The notes under the pieces are model-generated. The model was not told where the DNA came from, did no database searches, and saw nothing but the letters and a program-made list of their open reading frames with translations. The translations under genes were made by a program, and so were the position numbers. Shown here piece after piece: positions 13,759 through 26,632 of a DNA stretch of 64,000 nt (the first letter of the stretch is position 1; each line of letters opens with the position of its first letter). Origin of the DNA: Psammoneis japonica (taxonomy: Eukaryota); assembly GCA_008632985.1 (NCBI GenBank), contig QPGO01000012.1, forward strand, positions 62,001 to 126,000, read 5' to 3'.

Positions 13759-14370
13759 CTATAATCGACAAGAATCTACTGCTGTGACGAGCTGATCTCT
13801 GATTTGCTCGAATTCCAAGTCAAGTTTTGTCATCCATTCCACTCGTTCAGGCCTGCAATCCAAGCCAGCGATCGACTTGGCAATCGCAGCAATCATTCTG
13901 GTCGCTTGTGACTGCAAAAAGAGGAAGCGCATGTCAAATGATCCACGTGGTAGAATCATTTCTTTCTTACCGGCGCCCTCTGCCAAGGCCTGAATAGAAT
14001 CCCCCATTTTTGACTTTTTGGGCTCCGTCAACACGTGTGGAGCCAACTTTCGCAGTTCCTTCAATTCTGATTTTCGCTTCTTTGCAGTCTTGTGAATCAA
14101 AACAATAAGGCGACCCAGTTCATCAGAGGGAGAATGGAGGGTAACATCCCTCAAAACATGAAGATACTTGAGTTGCGTTTCTTGGAACAATATGTGGTCG
14201 AGAAGTTTGTATCCAATAAGAAGCTCGTCGTGGTCGCTGCACATATCAGGAGGAATGGGGACGTTTCCGCTCATGAAATATCCAATAGCAATGCTACAAA
14301 GGAGAGTAACGGCCGCACCAATGAGCCATAGTGGCTTTTGGCTCGATTTCTTTGGCGGTTGCGACGCCAT
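13759..14370 (-). CDS. Hypothetical protein with N-terminal TM anchor
   Basis: Intact 203-aa ORF with normal composition; hydrophobic stretch LWLIGAAVTLLCSIAIGYF. Confidence 0.65.
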   Translation of the reverse strand: MASQPPKKSSQKPLWLIGAAVTLLCSIAIGYFMSGNVPIPPDMCSDHDELLIGYKLLDHILFQETQLKYLHVLRDVTLHSPSDELGRLIVLIHKTAKKRKSELKELRKLAPHVLTEPKKSKMGDSIQALAEGAGKKEMILPRGSFDMRFLFLQSQATRMIAAIAKSIAGLDCRPERVEWMTKLDLEFEQIRDQLVTAVDSCRL

Positions 14371-15016
14371 CGTTGTTGGACGGTTCCTTCAAGCGACGAA
14401 GTGATCGAAGTTAATAGAATAAGTGAAGTGCAATAGTCAGAATGAAGTGGAATTTCGCGCCGCAGATTTTTCCGCACCTTTCAATGCTCTCCGCGCTTTT
14501 CTGTGACGTCGACAAAATAGACGTACGATTGACAGACTGAAACGGTACCGGTAGTTAGTTATACTGTACTGTAGTTAGTTACCGTATTATAATTAGACTA
14601 ATCAAAATTACAGAGTCAACGCAGGCACCCTCTCCTTCTACAGCTACTGTACTCTAGAGAGAGTAGAGAGCTAGCTAGAGTAGAAGTAGTAGAGAGGTTC
14701 CTACTCTAGAGGGCCTAGTAGAGGAAGTGTATTGGCCCGATACGGTAGTTGAGGGCCCTACAAGACAGAGTGTATCATTTCGAAACTCGGTTTTCAAGGC
14801 ATGGTCCTATGTTTTATCCCGCTAATAGCATACCCCCGGTCCGTTATATTGAGATAGTTGGACTGAAATCGTGAAGCCTGAATCAAGCCGGGCTGTTTCC
14901 TGGTGTTAACAGCCGTGTTAATGTTTGCGAGGCGAAGACAAATCGCCACCACAACTTGTAAAACATAAAGAATGAACTTTTCTCTATTTTGACCAATGAT
15001 TCACAGATTCTAATTT

Positions 15017-16060
15017 CTACTCTGTGACGTTCAGTTCTTGCATAAAATCAAGAATAGCCGCATTCACAGCTTCAGGGGCTTCGTCGTGCGGACAGTGGCC
15101 AGCATCGATACTGACACGCTTACTCTGTGGGTATAGTTCTTGAATCTTATCAGCAGCAGCCGGTCGGATCCAGGGATCTTCCTCGCCCCAGCACAGAAGG
15201 ATTGGGCATTCAACATTTTCCAAGACATCATCGACAAACAACCTACTCCCACCATTTTTAGTGATGACTCGGTAAAACACTTCGGCGGCATTAGGGTCTT
15301 GTGATGGAAGCTGGATCGATTCCACAAGTTCAGAATCAACGTTTGCTGCGTTTACAGGGTAAACCTGTTTGAGGACCTGTTCAATTCTTGCTGGTTGCTT
15401 TGTGTACAGGAACGAGGCAGCAATGACAGTGCGTTGGATTGCTTCCTTGATCTTTTCGAAGAACATATTCTTCTTTTCAATCACCTCCTCGATTGGGGCG
15501 TCGGGATCTTTGAAGCGACCGGCTGCATTCAGCAATACACAGCCAGCAACAAGCGACTTGACCTGCTCTGATGCAGCTGTGTACATTGCGGTGAATCCTC
15601 CAATGCTGTTTCCGACCAAGGTTGTCTCCTTTCCAATCACTTCGGTAATGAAATCAACAGTTTGGTCCCTCCATACTTCTGCAGAATAGTCGAGAATGGG
15701 CTTACTGCTCAGACCGAAACCCAGTTTGTCAAACGCGTAAACGTGATAATCCCGCGCAAGTGCAGGAATGTTGTGTCGGTAGTGGTAGGCACTCGCTCCA
15801 AATCCGTGAATCAAAAGCAGCGCCGGCTTGGACGGATCACCCATCTCAAGATAATTGATATCATGACCGTTCCACTTCCACGTTCCATATCCTTTTTCAA
15901 TCCAAGGGAGTCGGTTATTGGCGGTGTAGTCGAAATTCTTGAGCGAAGCAAGCGGAGAAGGCTTGGCGACAGACGTTCCAACGGAACTCAATGCCTCACA
16001 TTGATCGACTACCGCCAAAAGACTGAGGAGTGCACAAGTAACTGCTGTAAAGAATCTCAT
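15017..16060 (-). CDS. Alpha/beta hydrolase, pheophytinase-like family, with signal peptide
   Basis: LLIHGFGAS, DKLGFG, GNSIGG nucleophile elbow, WGEEDPW, AGHCPHDE. Confidence 0.88.
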   Translation of the reverse strand: MRFFTAVTCALLSLLAVVDQCEALSSVGTSVAKPSPLASLKNFDYTANNRLPWIEKGYGTWKWNGHDINYLEMGDPSKPALLLIHGFGASAYHYRHNIPALARDYHVYAFDKLGFGLSSKPILDYSAEVWRDQTVDFITEVIGKETTLVGNSIGGFTAMYTAASEQVKSLVAGCVLLNAAGRFKDPDAPIEEVIEKKNMFFEKIKEAIQRTVIAASFLYTKQPARIEQVLKQVYPVNAANVDSELVESIQLPSQDPNAAEVFYRVITKNGGSRLFVDDVLENVECPILLCWGEEDPWIRPAAADKIQELYPQSKRVSIDAGHCPHDEAPEAVNAAILDFMQELNVTE

Positions 16061-16603
16061 TCTTATAACAACACGACGTAGGATGCAGCAACAAACAAAA
16101 CCGATGTGCTATTGAGACGACAACAAAGAAAATGACAAGAGCTGAGAACACGGAGCTTTGCTGTGATGACAGCTTTTTTGGAATTTTGCCACCTGTTGGT
16201 GGCGGAACTAACACGGTATCGTACGTAGGATCATACCAGCTGCATGTTTGTCCGCACGATTGCGCATTGCGCTGCTATTTGCTGCCACGTCACCAGTTGC
16301 GGGATCAGTCGTGTCAGTCGCGAGCGAGCTGGGAAAAGGTTTCGAACGCATGCTAACGCCGTCATTGTTTTGGGATCTTGATCAGCACCAGTTCATACCA
16401 TAGCGTGTCTTGAGCATGATCCCATCTCTGTTTACAAAGTCTACGTGCTATCTAATAATATGAGCAAATCGAAAGTGAAAGCATTTTTATAGCTGCTTGT
16501 TTTGTCACGTGCACTATGCATTATCCCATGAGTCCTTTCCACCAAACGTTGCGAACTAAGTGCCTCTATTGACCCATTGTAACATTTTTCAAAAACAAAT
16601 CGC

Positions 16604-17687
16604 TTAGGCTCCAATAGCAATTCCGCCATCTACATTGAAGCAATGGCCAGTAATGTAGTCAGCGGCAGGATCGAGAGACAAGAAACGTGCCATGCCTCCA
16701 ACTTCTTCGGGCTTTCCGAGTCGCTTGAGGGGGATGCCTTCCGACACCTTTTCCTGTTAAGGAAGATTGAGAGAGAATGGTTAGAACCATGGTTGACAAT
16801 CCATATGCAAAGCAAAAGCAAGCCGGCGTGCACGAAGCAAAAGCAAACCAGCTTGAACGTACCAAGTAATCATCAGAAAGCTCGGCGGTCATGTCGGTGG
16901 CAATGAACCCAGGGCAGATGCAGTTGACAGTGATGCCACGAGCGGCAAACTCCTTTGCGTTACTCATAGTCAATCCAATGACTCCACCTTTTGCTGCTGC
17001 GTAGTTTGCCTGACCAGGATTTCCGATTTGTCCAACAACGGAAGAAATGTTGATAATGCGGCCAGCGCGCTTCTTTGAAGCAAGCTTGAAAAAGGCTTGA
17101 GTGCAGTAAAAGACACCGGAAAGGTTGATATCAATCACACTTTGCCATTGCGTTGGCTTCATTCGCATCACAAGAGTGTCCTGGGTAATACCAGCGTTGT
17201 TAATCAAGACGTCGCAGGTACCGTACGCATCGACGATTTCGTCAAACATTCCCTTGATTGCTTTAGGATCCGAGGCTATTGCGAAATAGTTGATAAAGTC
17301 ATTAGCATAAAATAAAACGAGAAGGCAGCAATAGTGATTCGCCTTTCAATGATTTTGGTGGAACAACTTACTGTCGGCCTGAACGGCAATAGCATCGCCT
17401 CCCAATGCCTTGATCTCTTCACAAGTCGCCTCGGCACCTTCCTTGGACGAGTCACTGACATAGTTCACTACAACTTTCTGTCCTTCCTTTCCTAGTTCAA
17501 GAGCGATTGACTTTCCTAAGCCACGAGAAGATCCTGTAACGAGAATCACCTTGGCATCGTCCGCGACCATTTGGAGGGAAGACGATGACATTTGCCTCTG
17601 TTGCTTGAAAGCAATCGGGGTAGCCGGCGCAAATGCATAGGACGAAACGGCTGAGAATACAAGGAGAGATGCAGAAATCAGTTTCAT
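16604..17687 (-). CDS. fabG: Plastid 3-oxoacyl-ACP reductase (3 exons)
   Basis: Presequence ...[59 protein letters not shown]. Confidence 0.92.
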
Positions 17688-20039
17688 GGTTGTTCTAATT
17701 ACGGACGAGTGAAATATAAGACCAGAACCAAGGACGACAATGAGAAAAAAATGAAGCCGTAATGTCAAGTGTCGGCGTGTACTGTTACGTGTGCACTTTG
17801 GCGCCACTTTGTGGTGGCCAACGGTTCGAACACGTACTTACCGCGAAATACAGATATGAGTGCATCATTATTTCTTTATAGCAAAAGATATGTGACGTCA
17901 CCAAAGATCTTCGTGTCGTCGTGCGCGCCTCTACCGCGCGCGACCCTCCTCAGAATCAGGAATCCGGATGAGGGAAAACGTGATGGGATGTCCTTCAAAG
18001 ATGACATTCTCCTTGGTGTGTGCTGGACACACATGTGTTGAGGTGTTCGGTGAGCAGCACATTCGCGTTAATGCACAAAATATTTTTGTGTCACTCCTCT
18101 TCTTGTTGTGATCAACAACAACATGCCGCAGAGAGAGGAACCCCCCAGCAGGGCAGCGTGCCCTGCCTCTCTCCAAGCCAAGTGCCCTCCGACAGCATGC
18201 TGAAGCGCCACCCATTTTCATGTGATTTGATGTGGGGAAATTGTCAACGCACACCACCCTCCAGAGCTCTGTCAATTTTCTCATCTGCTGGCCTTTTATG
18301 TGGCAAATTTTTGCACCTGTGTTCCACCCGGCATTTTGCAAAAAAAAAACACCTCTCTTCCTTTTGTCTCACAACGTGTTTGCCAGATGTGGGGGAAAGG
18401 AGGACATTTGCTTGAAAGCTGCCAACCTGGGAGTGATGTCATCCAATCTTGACATTGCTGTCACCAACATTGTGAGCTGTCTGACTTTTGCATCCACTGT
18501 TTTCCTGATGTTTTTGTGTTTTGCTCCAGCTGTCTTTTTCACTCTGTGGCACACAAAAGAGAGCAAGAGATCTTGTTCTTTGCATGGCAGCTCCATTTGT
18601 TTGATTCAAGTTCCAGCTCTCATCACTGGACTGTGACAATTTTGCACCAAAGCAGCATGCAAAGACCTGCTGGCATGATTTTTTTCACTTGTTTTGCAGC
18701 GCACCATTTCACTTCCAAAAGTGTCCATCGTTTCCGTTCTCAAACAATGAAAGCAGCCATTTTGCTGAAAATCTCACATGCCAGGCTGCTGCATGTTCCA
18801 GCATTGGCATGGCAGCACAAATTGCTCATGAACAACTGCCATCTGGTTTGTTGAGAAAGAGGAGTGCACCTTTGTGACAAGCAACACTTGTCCAGGGGTC
18901 AAAGAACTTGCAAATGATTTCCACTGGGTTGGTTGAGCAGACATGAAAATTTGAATTGTGAAACAAAAAGCGTGAATGTGACAAAAGCAAGCACAAAGGA
19001 CAAGCTCCAGCTCCATTGGAGCACGGGACATTGCAGCGGGGAACTGTGCCATCTTGCAACTTGTTGAGCAAATTGCCCAGTGGCTGTGCTGCAAACTGAC
19101 ATGAGCAAGACAAGTCCAAAGCATGCAAAATTGTGCATTTTGAGCTTTGTGCTGAAATGTCAAAAATGTGAAATGCTGCAGCCCCCTGCTGTGAGTTCCC
19201 ACCTGAGGCTGGCTGGAGCTCATTGACCACAAGACATGCAAATGGAGACAAACCACATGGCATTTGAGGTGGTGACCTGTGCTGCAAGAGCAGTGGCACA
19301 GATGCTGCATTTGCCATGCTGCAAATCTTGTGGTGCACAGGAGACATCAAAAAATTGACCAACAGCAGCTTCCTCTGTGCAAGTTTTTTTGGAACATCAA
19401 AGAAGCATGAGGCCAGCCCAAACCAAATTTGTGTTGCACATTGGCACCAATCACAGATTGGCAGCCCCAGCTCAGCCACCTTGATGAGTTGACTGACTCT
19501 TTGAGTCCACTCTGCAGCAAAGTCTTGCTGCCAAAAAATGATGAGCTGTGGCCTGATGCACTCCAGCCCTGGGCAGGTTCTGTGCATGAGCTCTGCAGCA
19601 AAAAGCTGCATTTGGCAATGAGCAAGCAAGCCCACGAACACCAACAGAAAAGGAGGCAATTGTTTTGCAGTCAAGCAAACTTGCCCATGCTTGGAGCATG
19701 TCATTTGTTGTGTGCATCAGAGCACGCAATGCAGTGATCATCACACATCTTCAGACAATTTTTTTGTGGTTTCAAACCTCATCAGTTGTGCAGCTGGCAA
19801 TGACATGTCAACTGTGATGGATTGACATTTTGTGCTGTGGGATCAGACCCCCCCTCCCTGCGAGAAAAATGTTTCGCCATGAAACAGGGACACGTTTTCC
19901 CCATGAGAGTGCCCACCCTCCATCCCTGCAAAACCTGCAATTAAAATCATTTGCGTTGTGCCATGAACATTCTATTTTGTTGTTTGCATTTAAATTGAAT
20001 GACACCAACAGAGACAACACCCCAGAGTCTGCAGCAGCA

Positions 20040-20770
20040 GTTGCAGCTCACTTTCTTTAAGTGCCGCTGCTTGCAGCCACCTTGTTCATTGCCAAAAAAG
20101 TGCAGAATGCGTTGTGAGAGTGCAATGTGGATGAACCAACACCACCAACAGGAACAGCAACACAGACTCATCGGTGCATCCGGTGCTGCCGATTCTGGAG
20201 CAGGCGAGTTTGCAGCAGCTGCTGCAGTTCTCTTTCTTGAAGAGCCACTGCCAGCACTGGCAGCCACCTTGTTCATTGCCGAACGGTGCAGAAAACGTTG
20301 TGGAGCATGGTGAAGATGAGCCAACCACAGCCAATGGAGACGTCAATGTGTGGACTTGCCTGTGCATCCAGTGCCACTGATTCCAGACCAGGTGAAGCAA
20401 CACTGCTCTGATCCACCTTGTTCATTGCAAAGAAGTGCAAAACACTTTGTGAGAGTGCACAGGACAACAACAGCAACCAATTGAAGCTGCAACATGGACT
20501 TGCTGGTGCATCCACCGCAGCCAATTCGGTTGCTTCTGCCGCCAGTTCCCGACCCCGCGAAGCCGATTCAGGACCAGCATGTGAAGCAACATTGCTCTGA
20601 CCCACCTTGTTCATTGCAAAGAAATGCAAAACACTTTGTGAGAGTGTGTGGGACAACAACAGCAACCAATTGAAACCTCGATGTAGACTTGCAGGTGCAT
20701 CCGCCACCGCCGATTCGGGAGCTTCTGCCGCCGGTTCCCGACCCATCGACATGGAGTTGGCAGCTGCTGC
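20040..20770. repeat. Four diverged tandem units (~150-190 bp) sharing CCACCTTGTTCATTGC
   Basis: Core motif at ~20077, ~20264, ~20413 and ~20602. Confidence 0.85.
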
Positions 20771-20895
20771 GGTTGTCGCAGTCAACCCCCCTGCTGCTCT
20801 TGACCACAAACAGCGGAGAAACTTGGGAAGCCTTTAAAAATGAGCCCAACAACTCAGGCAACCTCCAATGGGTTGCCTCCCCACTCTCTGCCTCT

Positions 20896-21190
20896 GCAGT
20901 CTGTCTGGGTTTGGATGTAGAAATTGGAGAAGACGGATGCAACGTAAGTGAACACATCAAAAACAAATGAAGCTCTTTTTGAGCATGCCTTTTTTGAAGA
21001 GTGTCACATGTGGCAAAGCACTTTTCACATGTGTGATTCTGAGAGCTGCAGGAACAAGCACTGCCTGCAGTCTTTCTGGGTCTGGACACAGAAATTGGAG
21101 AAGACGGATGTGTTGTTGGTGAGTGCATCAAAAACCAACGAACCTCTTTTTGCACATGCCTTGTTTGAACAGTGTAATTTGTGGCAACTT
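20896..21190. repeat. Two diverged ~120-bp copies, period ~170 bp
   Basis: GAAATTGGAGAAGACGGATG at ~20920 and ~21091 with alignable flanks. Confidence 0.85.
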
Positions 21191-24122
21191 GTGATGATTC
21201 TGGATGCAAAACTCTGACATGCGCGATTGTGACAATGCTGCAGAAAAGCAAGTTTGTGACGTGCGTGCACACAACACACAACAACACGCCAGCAGCTCAG
21301 CATTCTGGATGTGGTGGATTCGTGACAGCACACTCGCGATCACAAAATTCAAGCTGTGCCCGAATAAAACACCATCTTGACCAACCAGAAGGATGGCAGG
21401 TGTCACCATGCGCTGAGCTGCTGTCATCGGCCAATGGGGTGAAGTCTTTCACCACCATGGCCGGTTGTCGATTTGCAGATTTGCGACCACACGTGGGATC
21501 CACGTGCATCACAACAGCGCACGCTCTTGTTTTTCAAACTTTGGGGAGAGCGTGTGCTGTTGTGAAATGTGCAGAAAATTGCGCATGTAAAACACATGCT
21601 GAAAATGCCACAGACCAACGGGCTGCACAAAAGTGAAGAAAAATGAAGTTGGGTCACGTGCGTGTGTGAAGTGCTGCAGACTGCACACACGCAAAGACAC
21701 ACACACGTGAGTGAGGAGGACAAAGTTAAAACCAAGTTCAAATTGATTGCGGTCAAAAGGAAACCAAACCATGCATGACAAAAAACAGATTTTGTTCCTA
21801 ATTGAATTAAACATTGCATGCATTTGATTGAAGCTTGTGCAAGAAAAGTCAATGAGACATCAGACAAAATGCAAAAAACAGCTTCTTTTTGTCAAGCACT
21901 TTTGCTGGCATTTTTTAAGTTCTCTGCTTGTTGACAATTTCAACAATGCACACTCAAAATTTTACAAAGGAAAGTGGAGACCACTGTGTTGCCGCCTCTG
22001 ATGTGTGTCCAGGTGTTTTCTTCAGATGTCAAAGAAAACACCCATGCCAATCTTGCTGTTCTCAGAAATGGCTGGCTGAAGCACAATGCCTTTGGCGCCT
22101 TTCTTGCGAAACAGGGTGCACCAACAATTGTGCAAAGAAAGAGAGCAGAGAGTGTGGTGTGGAAACGCACAAGCACAACATGCAGTGCATCACAATTAAA
22201 AACTGTTCTGTCACAGTCCAATGCTGCAAGCCCTCACCTGGAGCCAGAGCTCATCACCCATTGCATCTCACTGTTTTGGTTGGTTTTTCTTGGCGCACGA
22301 GTCTTGGGGTATTTCCATTGACTTTGTTCACATTGCGTGCTGGCACACAAGTGTGTGCTGTTTTTAACAACCAAGGTTCTCATGTTAAAAGGACAAAAAG
22401 GAGCTTGCGCACAGGTGGCTGTGGCTCGACATTGTGTGGAGCCCTCTGCCTGCAGATCACACGCACTCTGGCTCCATGTGGGACCCCACACCACTTGACT
22501 GCAACATTGGTGCTTTTTGTCATGTGTCAAACAATGTTTTGCATGTGCATTTCTGTGTGACTTTGGTGACATTTTGTGTCATTTTGTAACGTGGTTGATG
22601 GGTGATCTGTTTGTGAACAACTTTTGTTGTTTTTGCCATGCAAAGCAATTTTTCAACATGTGCAGAGCTGTGTGGGGCACGATTTTCAAAATCTTCAAGT
22701 GTTGCTGAGAGGCACAACTGCCTGTGCTGCAAACATGGTTGTTTTTTCAAGGCCTGTTCCAGCTCCAGGTGATCCGCTTTTCATCACGAGAGAGGCCGAT
22801 TTTTTCTGCGCAATTTGGCACGTCAAAGTCCTTCATTTTTGATCATTTCAAAAATCGAAAGGTGAGTGCACACCCGAAAACACATGTAAAGTGCACACTT
22901 GCCCTTCAATTTGGCAAAAAACGGATTTTGAAAAAGTCAATTGCGCCAAACCCAAAAATGGGCAAATGATGGGAATCGAACCCACTCGGAGCACCTGGAG
23001 CTGGAACAGGCCTCAAATGTCAAAGACAAATGTGTTCACATTGCCAAAAAACACATGAACTGTGGAGCTCACATGCAGAATTCTGCAGGCCCGTGCAACA
23101 TGCAGTCCGATGGGGCTGGAAATCTGTGCAGCCTCCCCTTTTTTATGGCGCGCCTCAACATGAGAGAAAAGTGAGGGAGGTGGCTCAAAAACGGTGCATG
23201 GTGTGTTTTCATTTGCAAAATCAGTTTTCTCAAAGATGGGCACATCATTTTGCAGACAACCAGCGCTGGTTTCTTGTTGAGTGACTTGTCACATGTTGCC
23301 GTTGCAAGTGGACTTGTGTGCAGCAAGAGCACCAACGCGGTTGACGCGGGTGGCGGGCACCAGGGTCTTGCCAGGGTGGCCAAAAATGTCGTCATTCTCT
23401 TTGCACGATCGCACCAAAATTTCAAATTTGTCATTTCCACCTGTTTCTCGCGTAAGAAGGTATCCGATGATACTACGGTCGTTCCGGAGAAACTCCGAAC
23501 ACGACAGAACAACAATTTGATATTTTCTTTTTCGACATTTCCGTTCCCTTCACCTCTCTTCAACAATCCATACTACTTTGTTATCTGTTTTTACGACCAC
23601 AACATGACAAAATTGACCCTAATTGTAATGTGTCGAATTAAGCCCGATACTTTTTGGTCATCAGCTCTGTTAAGCGATGAATGTCACTTTTTCTAACAGG
23701 AGTCATTCATTATAATGACTGTCAATTTTTGTCCATGTCAAACTATGCACGCATTAATTGCCACGTCGTATCTAACCCATCGGATATCTTGGGTGACGAG
23801 GAAGGACATTGCTACAGATGTCATCTGTGTTATTTTCTACTGGTTTTCTCAGTATTGAAGAAATCACGGTCATTATTCGGCCTTCGAAATTCTCTGGGGG
23901 GTCCCCTTTTCGTGAGAATACGACGGAGGAGACATTCTAACCACAAACATTACGACAACACCCACCATCACTTCCAGAGCGGACAAACACAAAAGGATTA
24001 AAAGCACGAATAGCTCAAAAACTATTGATACAGGTAGGCACATCCGATTGACAACTTTCATTGATTTCCAGTGAGAGGATTGACACTCACGATTTTGTCT
24101 TCGGTCCAGCAGAATAGAAACG

Positions 24123-25005
24123 ATGAATCCTGTTTTTCACGCCATCGAGGCTGAGGCGGCACTGGACGCCATTGACTACCCAAGCGATGACTTTCACCGT
24201 GATGATGTGCAGTCCTTTCACGTTATTGAAAACGGCGAGATTGACACATACCCAGAGCGCATGGATGAAGAGATTGGTCTATTCTTGAATGCCCTACCAT
24301 GGAAAAGAAGGACGACGACGCTACGGATCCTATGGAAGTAATCGACGATATCAGCCAAGCGATGAGTCGGTTCTCAACGAAGACATTGATTCCCTCCTTG
24401 AAATGGTCAAGACTAGCGAAGACGTGTCTATGGAAGATTCTAGATCCTCAAACGTTTCTGTTGGTGCCTTTGCACATCACGAAGAAATCGTTCACGATGT
24501 TACAACGAAGATGCTAGCTTCAACGCGGATCCTATCAGTATTCACGTTCCTCCAGTTTCACTACTTAAACAGGAAATTTCTACGAAGAATCAAGAGACTT
24601 TAAGCCGCATCTTCGAGACAGAATGCGCACGTTTTCGCATGGCAGACGTGCACCGTGTATCTTGGACAATTCTGTTGATGAGGAGCTCCTTTCACCACCA
24701 AGGCCTACTCGTGCACCTCAAAGCTACCCCCTCATGAATCCTCATACAAAATGATATCTCCTACTCCTCCCAAGACCGTGGATCCAAAGGTGATGATGGA
24801 TCGACTGAAGCAATTCATGAAGAGATCGGAAGCGACACAGAGTGCGCTGCAAGACTGGGACAAACAGAATGGATTGCCAAAGAGCCATTCTCCCACCATG
24901 GTAAACTCATCACGATCGAGAAAGCAGCTTCAAGAAGGTATCATCCTACGAAAGTGGAACGCAGCTCCTCTTATTGATATCGAAGGAAAAGACCTACTAA
25001 AGTAG
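24123..25005 (+). CDS. Hypothetical protein (apparent frameshifts) with conserved-looking C-terminal domain
   Basis: Acidic N-terminal ORF pieces; C-terminal LKQFMKRSEATQSALQDWDKQNGLPKSHSPTMVNSSRSRKQL resembles a motif I recognise from diatom hypothetical proteins. Confidence 0.5.
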
Positions 25006-25201
25006 GCTTTTCGCCAGATGATGTACACTTTAATTTTACATCTACGAGGACGAACGACGATGCAAACAATCTATGAACGGTACCCTTAACGCCGCAGCTT
25101 TACATGTTAAATACATCTAAATTCGCATTATATGACACATTTGAAACAAATCAACTGTAACAAGCGTGGTTCACACAACGAGACTAGCCTTTCGTCAGTC
25201 T

Positions 25202-26632
25202 TCATTTGTATACTGAAGGATGCTCTTGTACATGGCGCTCCCACTCGCTATCCGAAAGTGTTTCACTCCATGGTAAGCCCATCTTCCCTTGTTGGTAGTC
25301 GCTATATGCCTGGTTAATCTCATCCGGGTAGTTCATCACCATTGAACCTTGTGCCGCTGTAGGTTCGTTGAGAGGCACACCAGTCAAGAGCAGAAAGTCC
25401 GCTCCATTCTCTTCAGAAGTTACTTCGAGGAGCGATCCAAATGCAGTCAAAAAGCCAGTGTAGTGAGGTGGAATGCGAGTTTCACCAACAGTTGCGGATC
25501 CCGTTCGCATATAGATGATGGCTGTAGTGTGACTCGAGGGAAGCGTATGTGACCAAACGGCATTTTTGCCCCTCATCTTGACATGCAGAATGCATACGTC
25601 AGACATGCTTGGGCTAGACGACTCCATATCGCCATGTTGTCCCACCAACACGATTGTTTCAGTGTTTATAGAGCCGTCGCTTGCCTTGGTGAAAACAGTC
25701 GGTGTATCCTCTGGCCCGCCAAGGAGCTTCGTGAAGGGAGTATCGAGTTTCTTCATGGCGGGGACATTGAGCCAAAGTTGGTACAGTTCTTGGGATGAGG
25801 GCTGGAGAAATTCTAGACCACCCGTTTTATCGGGTGCAATGTCATACATTTCTTCGTGACATAAACCGGCGCCTACAAAAGACGAAATCGGTGCATGAGT
25901 AGAAGCTTGATTGATGAATTCTAGAACTACAACACTTGCAACTTGCAACAACTCACCCGTGTACAACCACTGTGTATGCTTTCCCTCATGCCTCGGCTCT
26001 GCTCCATAAACTTGTTTGATACCCATGGAATCACGATGGAGAAAGCCGCCTTTGAGAAAGTAAGTAAGTGTGACAAAACCTCGATGAGGATGCGCCGGGA
26101 AGCCTTCGGGGAAGAACGTTCTTTGGAGAAAGCGCAAAGGATCCCACGGTGCAAACGAATGGCGATGATGTACCAGCATGATAAAGGGGGATGTTTGGTT
26201 CGGATCCCAAAAGTTGGGACACACACGACCACCAATGGCGTCCTCCAGCTTTGCTCCGATTTCTTCTCCAAAGATCTTTGATACAAGGAAAATGAAGACG
26301 CCGTTCCAAACCGGCCAGACTGGAAGCCTTGCGAACTTTTCGAGTCGTTTCACCTCTCTTCTTGATGATTCAGAAGGCAATACGTTCTCTATGGAATTCG
26401 CTTGTAGGACCATGTCCTCATTTGAAGAGGATGTCGACTGATATCTTGTTAGCATTGTTCGACTGAGGGTTGGAGGTAATCGACTAAACAGTCGCTTGGG
26501 ACGACCTGCAACTAAATTGTTGAAGCTCTGGGACAACGGCAACAGCAATAAGGCCACCATACACAATCTCATGAAAAATCGAGACTGACAATTTTTGAAG
26601 CTCCACATTGTGAACAACATATTAACAGACAA
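25202..26632 (-). CDS. Pirin-family protein, probably plastid-targeted; in-frame intron ~25876-25957; start may be the downstream Met (MRLCM)
   Basis: GFPAHPHRGFVTLTY, HRDSMG, GAGLCHEEM, YQLWLNVPA, GSMVMN. Confidence 0.88.
   Translation of the reverse strand: MSVNMLFTMWSFKNCQSRFFMRLCMVALLLLPLSQSFNNLVAGRPKRLFSRLPPTLSRTMLTRYQSTSSSNEDMVLQANSIENVLPSESSRREVKRLEKFARLPVWPVWNGVFIFLVSKIFGEEIGAKLEDAIGGRVCPNFWDPNQTSPFIMLVHHRHSFAPWDPLRFLQRTFFPEGFPAHPHRGFVTLTYFLKGGFLHRDSMGIKQVYGAEPRHEGKHTQWLYTGELLQVASVVVLEFINQASTHAPISSFVGAGLCHEEMYDIAPDKTGGLEFLQPSSQELYQLWLNVPAMKKLDTPFTKLLGGPEDTPTVFTKASDGSINTETIVLVGQHGDMESSSPSMSDVCILHVKMRGKNAVWSHTLPSSHTTAIIYMRTGSATVGETRIPPHYTGFLTAFGSLLEVTSEENGADFLLLTGVPLNEPTAAQGSMVMNYPDEINQAYSDYQQGKMGLPWSETLSDSEWERHVQEHPSVYK

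Larger units (their letters stand above)
17950..23450. mobile_element. Degenerate repeat-derived block 2 (TpA/CpG-depleted), probable DNA-transposon relics
   Basis: Near absence of TA; internal tandem repeats; Tyr-poor spurious ORFs. Confidence 0.55.

Noticed and set aside
17893..17900. TGACGTCA bZIP-type site upstream of fabG (also 28059-28066)
   Set aside because: An 8-mer can occur by chance; no supporting evidence in the sequence alone.
19230..19340. SWIM zinc finger of a MULE transposase (VTC...QMLHLPCC)
   Set aside because: Cys/His are generated artefactually in this block, so the match is unreliable.
20040..20770. CRISPR-like array
   Set aside because: Units are long, diverged and homologous throughout; no unique spacers or cas genes; eukaryotic context.
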